64,000 nt of DNA from Cyanophora paradoxa CCMP329 (lineage: Eukaryota; Plantae; Glaucophyta). The notes under the pieces are model-generated. The model ran no database searches. It saw only the letters and a list, made by a program, of their open reading frames with translations, and was not told the DNA's origin. The number at the start of each line of letters is the position of its first letter. Position 1 is the stretch's first letter. Of this stretch, positions 35,901 through 49,200 are shown piece by piece. Position numbers and translations under genes: made by a program. The DNA lies in NCBI GenBank assembly GCA_004431415.1, contig QPMI01000043.1, forward strand, positions 1 through 64,000. The letters run 5' to 3'.

Positions 35901-38900
35901 AGCAGAAGACCATGGCCGCCCTCATCGTCATGGAGGTGCCGCCCCGCCCCGCCCCGCTCTGCGTTGCGCGCGCGGCCGGCGGCCTCTGACGGCGGCGGGG
36001 CCAGGTGCACGCGCGCGACGTGGTGGAGAAGCTGATCGACGTCAAGGTGGGCAGCGTCGGGGACTTCGAGTGGGTGAGCCAGCTGCGCTACTACTGGGAG
36101 GACGACTGCATCGTCCGCATGGTCCAGTGCACCTTCCCCTACGGCTACGAGTACCTCGGCAACACCGTGCGCCGCCCCCGCCCCCCGCCCCGCCCCCGGG
36201 CGACCCCCGCCGCCGGCGCCGCCTCACGGCCCCGCGCCGGCGCGCAGTCGCGGCTGGTGATCACGCCGCTGACGGACCGGTGCTACATGACGCTCATGGG
36301 GGCGCTCCACCTGCACCTTGGCGGCGCCCCCGCCGGCCCCGCCGGCACGGGCAAGACCGAGTCCACCAAGGACCTCGCCAAGGCTCTCGCCAAGCAGTGC
36401 GTCGTCTTCAACTGCTCCGACGGCCTCGACTACAAGGCCATGGGCAAGTTCTTCAAGGGGCTCGCCACCGCCGGCGCCTGGGCCTGCTTCGACGAGTTCA
36501 ACCGCATCGACATCGAAGTGCTCTCCGTCATTGCCCAGCAGATCCTCACCATCCAGCAGGCCATCATCGTTAACGTGCGCCGCCCCGCCCGCCCGCGCGC
36601 GCGCCGGCGCCTTCGCCCGCCAACCCGCGGCGCGCAGGCGAAGACGTTCGACTTCGAGGGGTCGACGATCGCGCTGGACCCGACCTGCGCCGTCTTCATC
36701 ACCATGAACCCGGGCTACGCGGGGCGCACCGAGCTCCCCGACAACCTCAAGGCCCTCTTCCGCCCCATGTCCATGATGGTCCCCGACTACGCCCTCATCG
36801 CCGAGATCCGCCTCTTCTCGTTCGGCTTCGACCGGCCCAAGCCGCTCGCCCAGAAGCTCGTCTCCACGTTCCGCCTCTCGTCGGAGCAGCTCTCGTCGCA
36901 GGACCACTACGACTTCGGCATGCGCGCAGTGAACACGGTCATCCAGGCGGCCGGCATCCTGAAGCGGGACCACCCGACGATGGACGAGGACGAGCTGCTG
37001 CTGCGCGCCCTGCGCGACTCGAACAAGCCCAAGTTCCTGCAGGAGGACATCGTCCTCTTCAACGGCATCATCTCCGACCTCTTCCCGGGGACGCGCGAGC
37101 CCGAGGCCTCGTACCCGGCCCTCGAGGGCCACCTCAAGGACGTCATCGCCAAGCACCACTTCCAGGCCGTCGACGAGTTCATCCTCAAGTGCATCCAGTG
37201 CGTCCAGCCCGCTTGTTTTGCGCCTCCCTCCCCCGCGCTCGCCCGCGCGCCGCCCCTGACGCGACGGCAGGCTGTACGAGATGACGGTTGTGCGGCACGG
37301 GATGATGCTCGTCGGGCCGACGGGGGGCGGCAAGACGAAGATCCTGCGGTGCCTGCAGGAGGCGATGTCGCTCTGCAAGGGCACCGAGGGCTTCGAGCAC
37401 GTCCGCGTCTACGTCTGCAACCCCAAGTCCATCACCCAGAACCAGCTCTACGGCTCCTTCGACCTCCAGACGGCGCGCCCCGCCCGCCCCCGCTCTCCCC
37501 GCGCCCCGCCGCCCGCCCTGACGGGGCGCCGCAGGGCGAGTGGACGGACGGCATCGCGGCGACGCTGATCCGGCACATCTCGCACCCCGACACGGAGGAG
37601 ACGGGCGTGAAGCAGAACGAGATCAAGTGGATGGTCTTCGACGGGCCCGTCGACGCCGTCTGGATCGAGAACATGAACACGGTGTTGGACGACAACAAGA
37701 AGCTCTGCCTCAACTCGGGGGAGATCATCCCGCTGGCGGAGAACAACCGGATCATGTTCGAGGTGGAGGACCTGGCGGTCGCGTCGCCGGCGACGGTCTC
37801 CCGCTGCGGCATGATCTACGTCGAGCCGATGTACCTCCTCCCCTCGGAGCGCGAGCCGCAGCGCGCCGCCGAGTGCCCCATGCTCAAGTCCTGGCTCCAG
37901 ACGGCGCACGCCAACATCGCCCCCTACGCGGAGAAGATCTCCGTCCTCTTCAACACCTACGTCTCCCCCGCGCTCTTCTTCGTGCGGCGCAACCTGAAGG
38001 AGCCGGTGCCGACGGTGGCCCCGAACAACATCCTCTCCTTCCTCAAGCTCTTCAACTGCATGCTGGTACCCTTCACGAAGCCGGCCCACGGGCACGAGGA
38101 GGTCGACAAGGCCCTCCTCGACAAGCTCTCCGGCCTCCTCGAGCCCCTCTTCGTCTTCTCCCTCATCTGGTCCCTGGGCGCCACCTGCGACGCCGAGGGC
38201 CGCCGCCAGTTCTCCCAGTGGCTCCGCGAGCGCATGCGCGACGCGGCGGCCAAGATGCTGCTCCCGCCCCGCGGCCTCGTCTACGACTACTGCATCGACT
38301 ACCAGAAGAGCCAGTGGGTCGGCTGGATGGAGACCATCCCCGAGTTCCAGTGCGCCCGCCCCCGCGCCGGCGCCGGCGCCGCCTCTCCCGCCTGCCGGCG
38401 GCGCGCGAGCTGCAGCTGACGCGGCGCCCGCTCCGCCGGCAGGATCGACCCGAAGATCAACTTCCAGCGGCAGTTCGCAGAGATCATCGTGCCGACGATC
38501 GACTCGGTGCGGAGCACGAGCCTCCTGGAGACGCTGGTCGCCTCGCACTGCCACATGCTCGCCGTGGGGCCGACGGGGACGGGCAAGTCGGCGAACATCT
38601 CCCTCAAGCTGAAGACGGGGCTCGACGCCAAGTTCGAGCCCATCTTCCTCACCTTCTCCGCCCAGACCTCCGCCAACATGACCCAGGGTGCGCCCCGCCC
38701 CGCCCCGCCCCGCCGCGAGCCCGGCGCCCCCGTCGCGCCGCCCGCCGACGGCCGCGGCGCAGACATCCTGGACAGCAAGTTCGAGAAGCGGCGGCAGGGG
38801 AAGGACAGGGACACGGGGCTGGACTACACCGTGTGGGGCCCCGTGCTGGGCAAGCAGTTCGTCATCTTCATCGACGACATGAACATGCCGAAGCGGGAGG

Positions 38901-41900
38901 TCTACGGCGCGCAGCCGCCCATTGAGCTCCTGCGGCAGTGGATGGACCACAAGGGCTGGTACGACCGCAAGACCCTCAAGTTCCGGGTCGTGGACGACAT
39001 CACGATGGTGGGGGCGATGGGCCCGCCGGGCGGCGGCCGCAACCCCGTCACGAACCGCCTCGTGCGGCACTTCAACGTCGTCTCGTTCACGGAGATGGAG
39101 GACTCGTCGCTGGGCCGCATCTTCAACACCATCACGGACGCCTTCCTGGGGCGCGGCTTCGCGGAGGGCGTGCAGCGGCTCGGCCCGAAGCTCGTCGAGG
39201 CGACCATCGCCGTGTACAACGCGGCCTGCAAGGGCCTCCTCCCGACCCCCTCCAAGTCGCACTACACGTTCAACCTGCGCGACGTCTCCAAGGTCATCCA
39301 GGGCCTCCTCATGGCGGACGGGCGCAAGGTGGCGGAGCCGGTGCAGTTCATCCGCCTCTGGGCGCACGAGAGCGCGCGTGTCTTCCGGGACCGCCTCGTG
39401 GACTCGACGGACGCGGCCTGGTTCGACGCGCTGGTGCGGGAGCAGATCGAGACGATCATGGGCGTCGAGTACAAGGCGGTCGTCACCTCGCCGCGCCTCA
39501 TCTACGGCGACTTCATGGTCCCCGGGGCGGACCCGCGCACGTACGACGAGATCAGCGACATGGAGAAGCTGAAGCGGATCGTGGAGGAGTACCTGGACGA
39601 GTACAACAACATCAACATGCCGATGAAGCTCGTCATGTTCCTGGACGCCATCGAGCACGTCTCCCGCATCGCCCGCGTCCTCCGCCAGCCCCAGGGCAAC
39701 TGCCTCCTCCTCGGCGTCGGCGGCTCCGGCCGCCAGTCCCTCTCCCGCCTCGCGACGTACATCTCCGAGTACTCCATCTTCCAGATCGAGATCTCGAAGA
39801 ACTACCGCCTCGCCGAGTGGCGCGAGGACCTCAAGAGGCTCCTCAAGACGGCCGGCCTCGAGGGCAAGCCCGTCGTCTTCCTCTTCTCCGACACGCAGAT
39901 CGTCTCGGAGGCGTTCCTCGAGGACATCAACAACCTGCTCAACAGCGGGGACGTCCCCAACATGTTCCGCGACGACGACCTCGGCGTCATCTTCGAGAAG
40001 ATGACGCCCCTGCTGCAGGCGGCCGGCGCGACCGTCTCCAAGACGAACCTCTACGCCGCCTTCGTGCAGCGCGTGCGGGCCAACCTCCACATCGTCCTCT
40101 GCATGTCCCCCATCGGCGACGCCTTCCGGAACCGCCTGCGGATGTTCCCGTCGCTGGTGAACTGCTGCACGATCGACTGGTTCCACCCGTGGCCCGACGA
40201 GGCGCTGAAGAGCGTGGCGTACGACTTCTTCCAGGACGTGCCCGTCTCGGACGCCGTCAAGAGCGGCGTCGTGGAGATGTGCGGCAAGGTGCACCTCTCC
40301 GTCGAGCGCAAGAGCCACGAGTACCTCTCGGAGCTGCGGCGGCACAACTACGTGACGCCGACGTCGTACCTGGAGCTGCTGCAGGCCTTCCGGCAGCTGT
40401 ACGGGGAGCGGGGGCGGGAGATCGCGGAGAAGAAGTCGCGGTACCAGGTGGGCCTGGACAAGCTGCAGCACACGCAGGGGATCGTGGACACCCTCCAGAA
40501 GCAGCTCGAGGCGGCCAAGCCGCAGCTCGAGGAGACCATGAAGATGGTCGAGCAGCAGCAGGTCCAGATCGCCGCCGACAAGGAGCAGGCCGCCGTCGTC
40601 CAGGAGGAGGCCGCCAAGGCCGAGGCCGAGGCCAAGTCGAAGCAGGAGGAGTGCCAGTCGATCAAGGACAGCGCGCAGTCGGACCTCGACAAGGCGCTCC
40701 CCGCGCTCGAGGCCGCCGTCAAGTGCCTCTCGAAGCTCGACAAGTCGCAGATCGTCGAGGTCAAGGCGCTGAAGAAGCCGCCGGAGGGCGTGAAGACGGT
40801 GATGAAGGCGGTCTGCATCATGATGCAGGTCAAGCCGGTCAAGATGAACGACCCGGAGAACCCGATGGGGAAGAAGATCGACGACTACTGGGGCCCCGCC
40901 CAGAAGCTGCTCAGCGACCTCGGCCCCGACAAGTTCAAGGAGGAGCTCATCAACTTCGACAAGGACAACATCCCCAAGGACGTCATCCAGAAGGTGGACC
41001 CCATCTGCGCCGACCCGACCTTCGAGCCGAACGAGATCCGCAAGGTCTCCGTCGCCTGCGAGGCCATGTGCATGTGGACGCACGCGATGCGCACCTACTA
41101 CTACGTCTCCCTCGAGGTCGAGCCGAAGCGGCAGAAGCTGGCGCAGGCCGAGTCGGAGCTCAAGGTGGTGACGGACATGCTGGACCAGGCGCAGGCGAAG
41201 CTCGCCGCCGTCAACAAGCGCATCGCCGACCTCGAGGCCGCCTACGACGCCGCCATCAAGAAGAAGGAGGAGCTCGAGACGGAGGTCGCCCGCTGCACCG
41301 TCCAGCTCGGCAACGCCACGAAGCTCATCTCGGGGCTCGGCGGCGAGGCGACGCGCTGGCGCGAGGCGGTGGCGAACCTGGAGCGGGACGAGGGCTGGCT
41401 CGTGGGGGACGCCCTCCTCTCGGCGGCCGCCCTCTCCTACCTCGGGCCCTTCGTCGCCTCGTACCGCGAGGCGCTCCTCTCCGACTGGGTCGGCGCCATG
41501 GCCGAGTACTCCATCCCGAGCTCCCCCAAGCCCTCCATCCTCCACACCCTCGGCGACGCCGTCCTCATCCGCCAGTGGGCCCTCTGCGGCCTCCCCTCGG
41601 ACAACTTCTCCGTGGAGAACGGGATCATCATGAGCAAGGCGCGGCGCTGGCCGCTCCTCATCGACCCGCAGGGGCAGGCGAACAAGTTCATCAAGAGCCT
41701 GGAGGCGGCGAACCAGCTCAAGGTGATCAAGGCGAGCGACTCGGGCAAGAAGATCCAGCAGACGCTCGAGATCGGCGTCCGCATGGGCACCCCCGTGCTC
41801 CTCGAGAACGTCGGCGAGGCGCTGGACCCGATGCTGGAGCCCGTGCTGCTGAAGCAGACGTACAAGGACAACACGGGGACGATCGTGATCAAGATCGGCG

Positions 41901-44900
41901 ACAGCGTGATCCCGTACGCCGACTCGTTCCGCTTCTACATCACGACGGTGCTGCCGAACCCGCACTACTCGCCCGAGGTCTCCGTCAAGGTCACCCTCCT
42001 CAACTTCACCATCACCCCCGACGGCCTCGAGGAGCAGCTCCTCGGCATCGTCGTCGAGAAGGAGCGCCCCGACCTCGCCGCCAAGAAGAGCGACCTCGTC
42101 GTCCAGAACGCCAACAACAAGAAGAAGCTCAAGGAGATCGAGGACGAGATCCTCTACCTGCTCTCGCACTCGCAGGGCAACATCCTGGACGACACGAAGC
42201 TCATCGAGACGCTCTCCGTCTCCAAGGTCACCTCGGAGGAGATCCAGAAGGCGGTCGCGGAGGCGGAGGTGGCGGAGAAGGAGATCGACGCGACGCGGGA
42301 GCGCTACCGGCCCGTGGCCTACCGCGGCTCCATCCTCTTCTTCTCCATCTCGAACCTGAGCCTCGTGGACCCCATGTACCAGTACTCCCTCACCTGGTTC
42401 GCGACGCTCTTCGGCAACGTCTTCGCGGTGGCGGAGCGGAGCGAGGACTTCGACACGCGCGTCAAGGCCCTCAACGACGCCGCCACCTACTCCCTCTACA
42501 CCAACGTCTGCCGCTCCCTCTTCGAGAAGCACAAGCTCCTCTTCTCCTTCCTCCTCTGCGTGCGCATCCTCCAGGGGGACGGCCGCATCGACCCCGCCGA
42601 GTGGCGCTTCCTCCTCGCCGGCGCCACCTCCGACGAGATCTCCGTGCGCCCCCGCCCGCTCTCCCTCCCCTCCCCCCGCCCCCGCCGCCCCGCCCCGCCC
42701 GCCTCACCGGCCCCCGCCGCAGATCCCGAAGCCCGAGGCGGAGTGGATCGACGCGTCGATGTGGATCGACGTGCTGAACCTGTCGCACCTGCCGGCCTTC
42801 GCCGGCTTCGCCGAGTCCTTCGCCGCCGACGTCGACGCCTTCAAGGCGGTCTTCGACGCCAACGAGGCGCACCAGCAGCCGCTCCCCGACCCCTGGTCCT
42901 CCAAGCTCGACCCCCTCCAGAAGCTCCTCGTGCTCCGCTGCGTCCGCCCCGACAAGGTCGTCGCCGCCGTGCAGGACTACGTGGTGGCGCACCTGGACAA
43001 GCGCTTCATCGAGCCGCCGCCGTTCGACCTGGAGGCGGCGTACAAGGACTCGACGTCGGCGACGCCGCTGCTCTTCGTGCTGAGCGCCGGGGCGGACCCC
43101 GTCGCCGACCTCCTCAACTTCGCCGACGCCATGCGCTTCCGCTCCCGCCTCGACCTCCTCTCCCTCGGCCAGGGCCAAGGGCGCGCCCCCCCGCCCCCGC
43201 CGCCCCCGCGGTCCCCGCACCCGCGCCCGCGGCCGCCGCTGACCCCGGCGGCCCCGCGCGCAGGCCCAAGGCGGAGCGGCTGATCCGGGACGCGAAGGAG
43301 TCGGGGCGCTGGGTCGTCCTCATGAACTGCCACCTCTTCGTGAGCTGGATGCCCCAGCTCGAGAAGGAGGTCGAGGAGCTCGCGGCGGGGGCGGACAAGC
43401 TCCACCGCGACTTCCGCCTCTGGCTCACCTCCATGCCCTCGGACAAGTTCCCCGTCTCCGTCCTCCAGAACGGCGTCAAGATGACGAACGAGCCGCCGGC
43501 CGGCCTCAAGATGAACGTCAACCGCAGCTACTTCTCCCTCACCGACGAGCGCCTCGAGGCGACCAAGCGGCCGGCCGACTGGCGCAAGCTCCTCTTCTCC
43601 CTCTCCCTCTTCCACGCCGTCATCCAGGAGCGGCGCAAGTTCGGGCCCCTCGGGTGGAACATCGCGTACGAGTTCACGGACGGCGACCGCGCGGTCTGCG
43701 TCATGCAGACGGAGCAGCTGCTCGACGACTACGCCGACGTGCCGTACAAGGTCATCCGCGTGCTCACGGGCGAGGTGAACTACGGCGGGCGCGTCACCGA
43801 CGACTGGGATCGGCGCACGCTCATGAACCTCCTCGGGGACTACATCAACCCGGAGGTGCTCGCTGCCGGCTACGCCTTCTCCCCGTCGGGCATCTACCGG
43901 AGCATCGACGGGGCCGACCGCCGCTCCTACCTCGACTACATCGCCTCGCTGCCGACGAACGCGGCGCCGGACGCCTTCGGGCTGCACCCCAACGCGGACA
44001 TCACGTGCGCGCAGGGCGAGACGGCGGCCCTCTTCTCGACGATCCTCCTGCTGCAGCCGCGCGTCTCGACGGGCCTGGGGAAGACGCGGGACGAGATCCT
44101 GGGCGACGTCGCCAAGGACATCGCCTCGCGCGTCCCCGCCGAGTTCCCCCTCCTCCAAGTCGCCGAGAAGTACCCCGTGTCGTACGGCGAGTCGATGAAC
44201 ACGGTGCTGACGCAGGAGTGCATCCGCTACAACCGCCTCCTCGCCGTCATCCACCAGTCGCTGGCGGACATCCAGAAGGCGATCGTCGGCCTCGTCGTCA
44301 TGTCCGAGTCCCTCGAGCGCATGGGCGACTCCCTCTTCAACAACCAGGTCCCCGCCATGTGGCAGGAGAAGGGCTACCCCTCGATGAAGCCGCTGGCGGC
44401 GTGGGTCTCGGACCTCATCGAGCGCCTCGCCTTCGTGCAGCGCTGGATCGACCACGGGACGCCCCCGGCCTTCTGGATCTCCGGCTTCTTCTTCCCCCAG
44501 GCCTTCCTCACGGGCACCCTCCAGAACTTCGCCCGCAAGTACAAGCGCCCGATCGACACCGTCTCCTTCGACTTCCGGGTGATGAGCGGGATGGCGCCCG
44601 ACCAGATCGCGGAGCGGCCGGCGGACGGCTGCTACATCCACGGCCTCTTCCTCGAGGGGGCCCGCTGGGACCACGACTCGGCGGCCCTCGGCGAGTCCCG
44701 CCCCAAGGAGCTCTACACGCCCCTGCCCCCCGTCTGGCTCCTCCCCACCCCGAACCGCAAGAAGCCGGCCGAGGGCATCTACAACTGCCCCGTCTACAAG
44801 ATCCTGACGCGGGCGGGCACCCTCTCCACCACGGGCCATTCCACCAACTACGTCCTCGCCCTCGAGCTCCCCTCCTCCCACCCCGAGTCCCAGTGCGCTC

Positions 44901-45008
44901 GCCGCCCGCCCCCTCAGATGGGCCCCCGTTTGCGCCGTCTCATCCTCACGCGCGCCGCGCAGCTGGATCAAGCGCGGCGTCGCCGCTGTGACGCAGCTCA
45001 AGTACTAG
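26923..45008 (+). CDS. DNAH1: Axonemal inner-arm dynein heavy chain, DNAH1-like
   Basis: N-terminal [19 protein letters not shown]; P-loops [32 protein letters not shown]; stalk; C-terminal CPVYK...HWIKRGVA. Contains an internal 3.76-kb duplication with 1-bp frameshifts; start codon tentative. Confidence 0.95.
28984..36504 (+). repeat. Tandem duplication of about 3.76 kb inside the dynein gene (28984-32741, 32742-36504)
   Basis: Junction GAGTTCAACCG|CACGCCCCGC at about 32742; the copy differences seen are 1-bp homopolymer indels. Confidence 0.97.
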
Positions 45009-45025
45009 CGCCCCCTCTCCCCCTT

Positions 45026-45155
45026 TTCCGGAGCCACCAGGCCTTTCACTCTGTGTAAAGTAGCTACAGACTAGCTATAGCCACGTCGAATTCCGGAGCC
45101 ACCAGGCCTTTCACTCTGTGTAAAGTAGCTACAGACTAGCTATAGCCACGTCGAA
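45026..45155 (+). repeat. Perfect 65-bp tandem duplication in the dynein 3' region
   Basis: TTCCGGAGCCACCAGGCC...GCCACGTCGAA at 45026-45090 and 45091-45155. Confidence 0.95.
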
Positions 45156-45556
45156 TTCGTATGGTGTCAGAAGAGCCTAGTTTATGGTGCTGCTAGGCGT
45201 GGCCATGCGTGCTGTGCAGTTCTAGCAGGCTGGCGGCGAGAGCGAGCAGAGCTGGTATTCCAGGAGCAAGCACAGGTGCAGGGTACAAGTGTGTCACCCG
45301 GGGTATGAGCCCAGGAGGGGTACATGAAAAGTAGTGGGGGTCCAATCGGCGCACTCAATGCGAGCGCTGCGGAGACTAAGGCCAAGCACTGCGAGTAGCG
45401 AGACTCGGGGTGCCGGCTCCTGACGGCATAAAGCCGTGAGGCAATAGGTGATCAAGACCCTTTTTCGCAAGGAACACTGCGCATGCATGCGCAGTGCAAT
45501 CGATATCGGGGGCATCTCTAGATCTACATCTAGCTATAGCCCCTGGGCTCCGGCCC

Positions 45557-45597
45557 GGGGGTGGGGGGGGGGGGGGGAGGGGGGGGGGGGGGGGGGG
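45557..45597. repeat. Poly-G tract
   Basis: Seen directly in intergenic DNA. Confidence 0.9.
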
Positions 45598-46226
45598 ATG
45601 CCGTGAGAATGTGAACGTGCCATCCATCGATCGGAATTTTGGAATTCGAAGTCACTGATCATGACTCGCGTGATAGAGAGGAGTGGTGCAGCTAGTTGCC
45701 ATCACTCCCCTCCCCCGTGCCCCTCCGCCCTCAAAATTCCCCGGGCCAGGCCTCGCAAACGGCCTACTGCCAGCGCGGCTCTCAGGCTCTCCTCGGGGCG
45801 CATAAGCCCCTCGCATCATCCCCACATGCATATGATCATGATCTGATGAGCATTTCCGGAGCGGCTCAACTTGGCAAGCTTGCGTGTCGACGTCACGTCA
45901 AAGTTGGTGTAATGGTACCGGCCACGTGCAATGGGCCAGGGGCCGAGCACTAGGCTATCATGCATTCACTTGCACCGCCGGGACGTGGCACAGATTGCAC
46001 AGCTTGAGGATTTAATTTCTACCAAATTTAAATTTTCAAGCCTTACAGCGCACACATAGACACGATAGAAAGGCTTCAGCCGCTCCTACAGACTAAAAGA
46101 CTAAAATTACACTACAGCTACATCTATGCAAGAATCTACACCCGCTGCCGCGCGCACACCACCCGTCTGCACACAGGCACACGAATCCTTAAGGTGAGAA
46201 AGAAAGGCTGCTGGTGTGGAGGGCGG

Positions 46227-49200
46227 TCAGGCGTCGAGGGAGTCGCGCTGGCGGGCCTCGGCCTTCTTGCGGCTCTCCACCGAGTCGGGGTTCTCGGAGC
46301 ACCAGCGCGTGATGTGCACCTTGGCGTTCTTGAACGTCCGCCCGCAGAACGGGCAGTCCTGCAGCGCCTCCGCCGTCGCCCTCGCCCCTGACCCCGACCC
46401 CGCACCCGCCCCCGACGCCCGAGCCTGCCGTCGCGCCCGCCTCGTCAGCGAGGGAGAGGACGGGGACAGGGGCGGGGGGGCAGCGGCGCACGGGCGATGC
46501 GGGGCGGCGCGGCTTGCGGGCGGCGCGCTTGGGGCTCGCCGGAGCCGCTGCCGCGGTGGCGCCCGCCTGCTGCGCGGCGAGTCGCTCCTCGAGCTCCTGC
46601 GCGGGCCGGGGGCGTCAGCGGGGGGAGGAAGCGGCTGGTAAGCGCGGGGGGTACCCTGTTCTCGGCCTCGAGGGCCTGGAGGGTGGCGCGGAGCTCGTCG
46701 AGGCGGCGCCCCGCGCTCGCCTCGTCGCGCCCCGCGGCGCGGGCCGAGGACTCGAGCTCGAGGATGCGGGAGCGGGCGGAGGCGATCTCCCCCTCGAGCT
46801 TCATCGCCCGCTCCGTGGCCATGCGCCCCGCCCGCTCCGCCATCGCCACGGCCTGCTCCATGCGGGCGAGCCGCTCGCGCAGCTCGTCGCGCTCGCCCTC
46901 CGCCTCCACGAGCGCGAGCTGCAGCTGGCGGGTCTTCTCGCGCCCCTCCTCGCCGGCCCCCGCGCCCCCGGCGCCGAGCCGCTTGGTCGCCTCGGCGAAC
47001 ATGGACTGCACGCGGATGGCCCGATCCTCGGCCGCCGCCAGCATGCCCCGCAGCGCCTCCCGCTCCTCCGCCGCCCCCTCCAGGCTCGCCTCCAGCTCCC
47101 GCCGCGCCGCCCGCGCCGCCGACTCCACCCGCTCCCGCTCCGCCCCCGCCGCCCGCTCCGCCTCCGCCGCCCGCGCCTCGGCCGCCTCCAGCTGCGCCTG
47201 CAGCGCCCCGCGCTCCTCCTCGGCCCCCTCGAGGGCCCGCAGGAGCCGCGTCTGCTCCTCCTGCGCCGCCCGGCTGTCCTCCAGCCGGCTCCGCGCCTCC
47301 TGCAGCGCGCCCTCCGCCTCCCGCGCCGCCCGCTCGGCGCCGGCGAGGCGGTCGGCGAGCGCGGCGCGCTCGGCCTGCGCGGCGGCGAGGCGGGACTCGA
47401 GGGCGGCCTGCTGCTCGGCCCGCTGCTCCTCGCCGAGCTGCAGCCGCCCGCGCGCCTCCCAGAGCGCCGCCTCCGCTGCGCTCAGGCGCGCCACCAGCGC
47501 GTCCCTCTCCCCGTCGCGTCGATCAGCGCCACCTGCAGCCGCTGCTGCTCCTGCCGCGCCGCCTCGCCCTCCGCCAGCCGGCCCCGCGCCGCCTCCAGCG
47601 CCGCCTCGGCCGCCTTGGCCTTGGCCTCCGCCGCCTCCAGCTCGCCCAGCAGCGAGTTGCGCTCGCCCTCCGCCGCCTCCGTCGCCGCCCGCAGCTCCCC
47701 CCGCGCCGCCTCCAGCTCCGCCTCCAGGCGCCCCTTGGCCGCCTGCAGCGCCCCTTCCGCCGCCTGCAGCTGGGCGCGCAGCTCGCCGCGCTCGCGGCGG
47801 GCCTCCTCGAGGCTCGCCTGGAGCTCGCGCTGCTTGCGCTGCGCCGCCTCGCCGGCCGCCAGCTTCCCCTTGGCCTGCCCCAGCGCCGTCTCCGCCTGCC
47901 GCGCTTTCGCCTCCGCCTCGTTCAGGCGGTGCCGCAGCCCGTTCCGCTCCCGCTCGGCCGCCTCGAGGCTCGCCCGCAGCTCGCGCTGCTTCTGCTGCGC
48001 CGCCTCGCCGGCCTGGCCGAGCCGCGCCCGCGCCTCCTCCAGCGCCGCCGCCCGCTGCTGGGCCTCGGCCTCCGCGGCGTTGAGGCGGGAGATGAGGGCG
48101 TCCCGCTCGCCCTCGGCCTGCGTGAGGGCGAGCTGCAGCCGCTGCTGCTCGCGCCGCGCCTCCTCGCCCTCCGCGAGCTTGCCCTTGGCGCCCGTCAGCG
48201 CCGCCTGCGCCTCCATGGCCGCCCGGTGCGCCGCCTCGAGCTCGCCCCGCAGCGCGTCCCGCTCGCCCTCGGCGGCGGCGAGCTGCCGCTGGAGGCGCTC
48301 CTGCTCGACGCGCGCCGCCTCGGCCGCCTCGAGGCGCTTGCGGGCCTCGGCGAGCGCCGCCTCGGCGTCGGCGGCGCTGCGCTCGGCGGCGGCGAGGCGC
48401 TCGCCGAGGGCGCGCCGGTCCACCAGCGCCGCCTCCGCCGACCGCCGCAGCTCCTCCTCGAGCTCCTCGCGGGCCCCCACCGCCTCCGCCGCCGCCCCGC
48501 GCACCGCCGCCAGCGCCCGCTCCGCCTCGGCCAGGCGCGCCTGCAGCTCCCCCTCGCGCGACGCCGCCGCCTCCTCCGTGCGCCCCTGGGCGGTGCGCGC
48601 CGCCTCGAGGGCGGCCTGGAGGCCGTCGCGCTCGGCGCGGAGGGCGTCGGCGCCGGCCTCGAGGACCGAGAGGCGGGCGAGGAGGTCGGCCCCGCGCGCC
48701 GCCGCCGCCTCGAGCTCGCCGGCGCGCCGCTCCAACGCCGCCCGCTCCGCCTCGGCCGCTTCGAGGCGCCGCGCCAGCTTCGTCCCCCGCTCCAGCGCCC
48801 CGCCGGCCTTGCGCTCGCTCTCCGCGAGGCGCGCCCGCAGCTCCTCCAGCCTCGCCTCCCCGTCCGCCACGCGCCCGCGCAGCTCCGCCGCCGCCGCCTC
48901 CAGCGCCTCGACGCGCTCCTCGGCGGCGCGGCGGGCGGCGAGCAGCTGCCCCGCCTCCGCCGCCGCGCGCTCCAGCTCGCGCGCGCGGCCCTCCAGCGCC
49001 TCGTAGCGGTTCTCGGCCGCCACGGCGCGCGCCAGCGCCTCCGACGCGGCGCGGGCCTGGGCGGCGGCGGCGGCCTCGGAGCGGCTCAGCGCGGCGTCGA
49101 GCTCGCGGACGCGGCTCTCGAGGCGGGCGACGGCCTCGCGGAGGCCGGCGCCCTCGTCCGTGGCGCGCTGCAGCGCCGAGCGGAGCGCGTCGGCCTCGCC

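Noticed and set aside
37448-42532. 1694-aa antisense ORF and many other long Arg/Pro/Gly/Ala-rich ORFs
   Set aside because: Shadow ORFs caused by extreme GC3 in the real genes; no recognisable domains.
47482-47530. Frameshifts in the coiled-coil gene and others as programmed frameshifting or pseudogenisation
   Set aside because: They fall at or near G/C homopolymers, matching the error pattern seen between the dynein copies.
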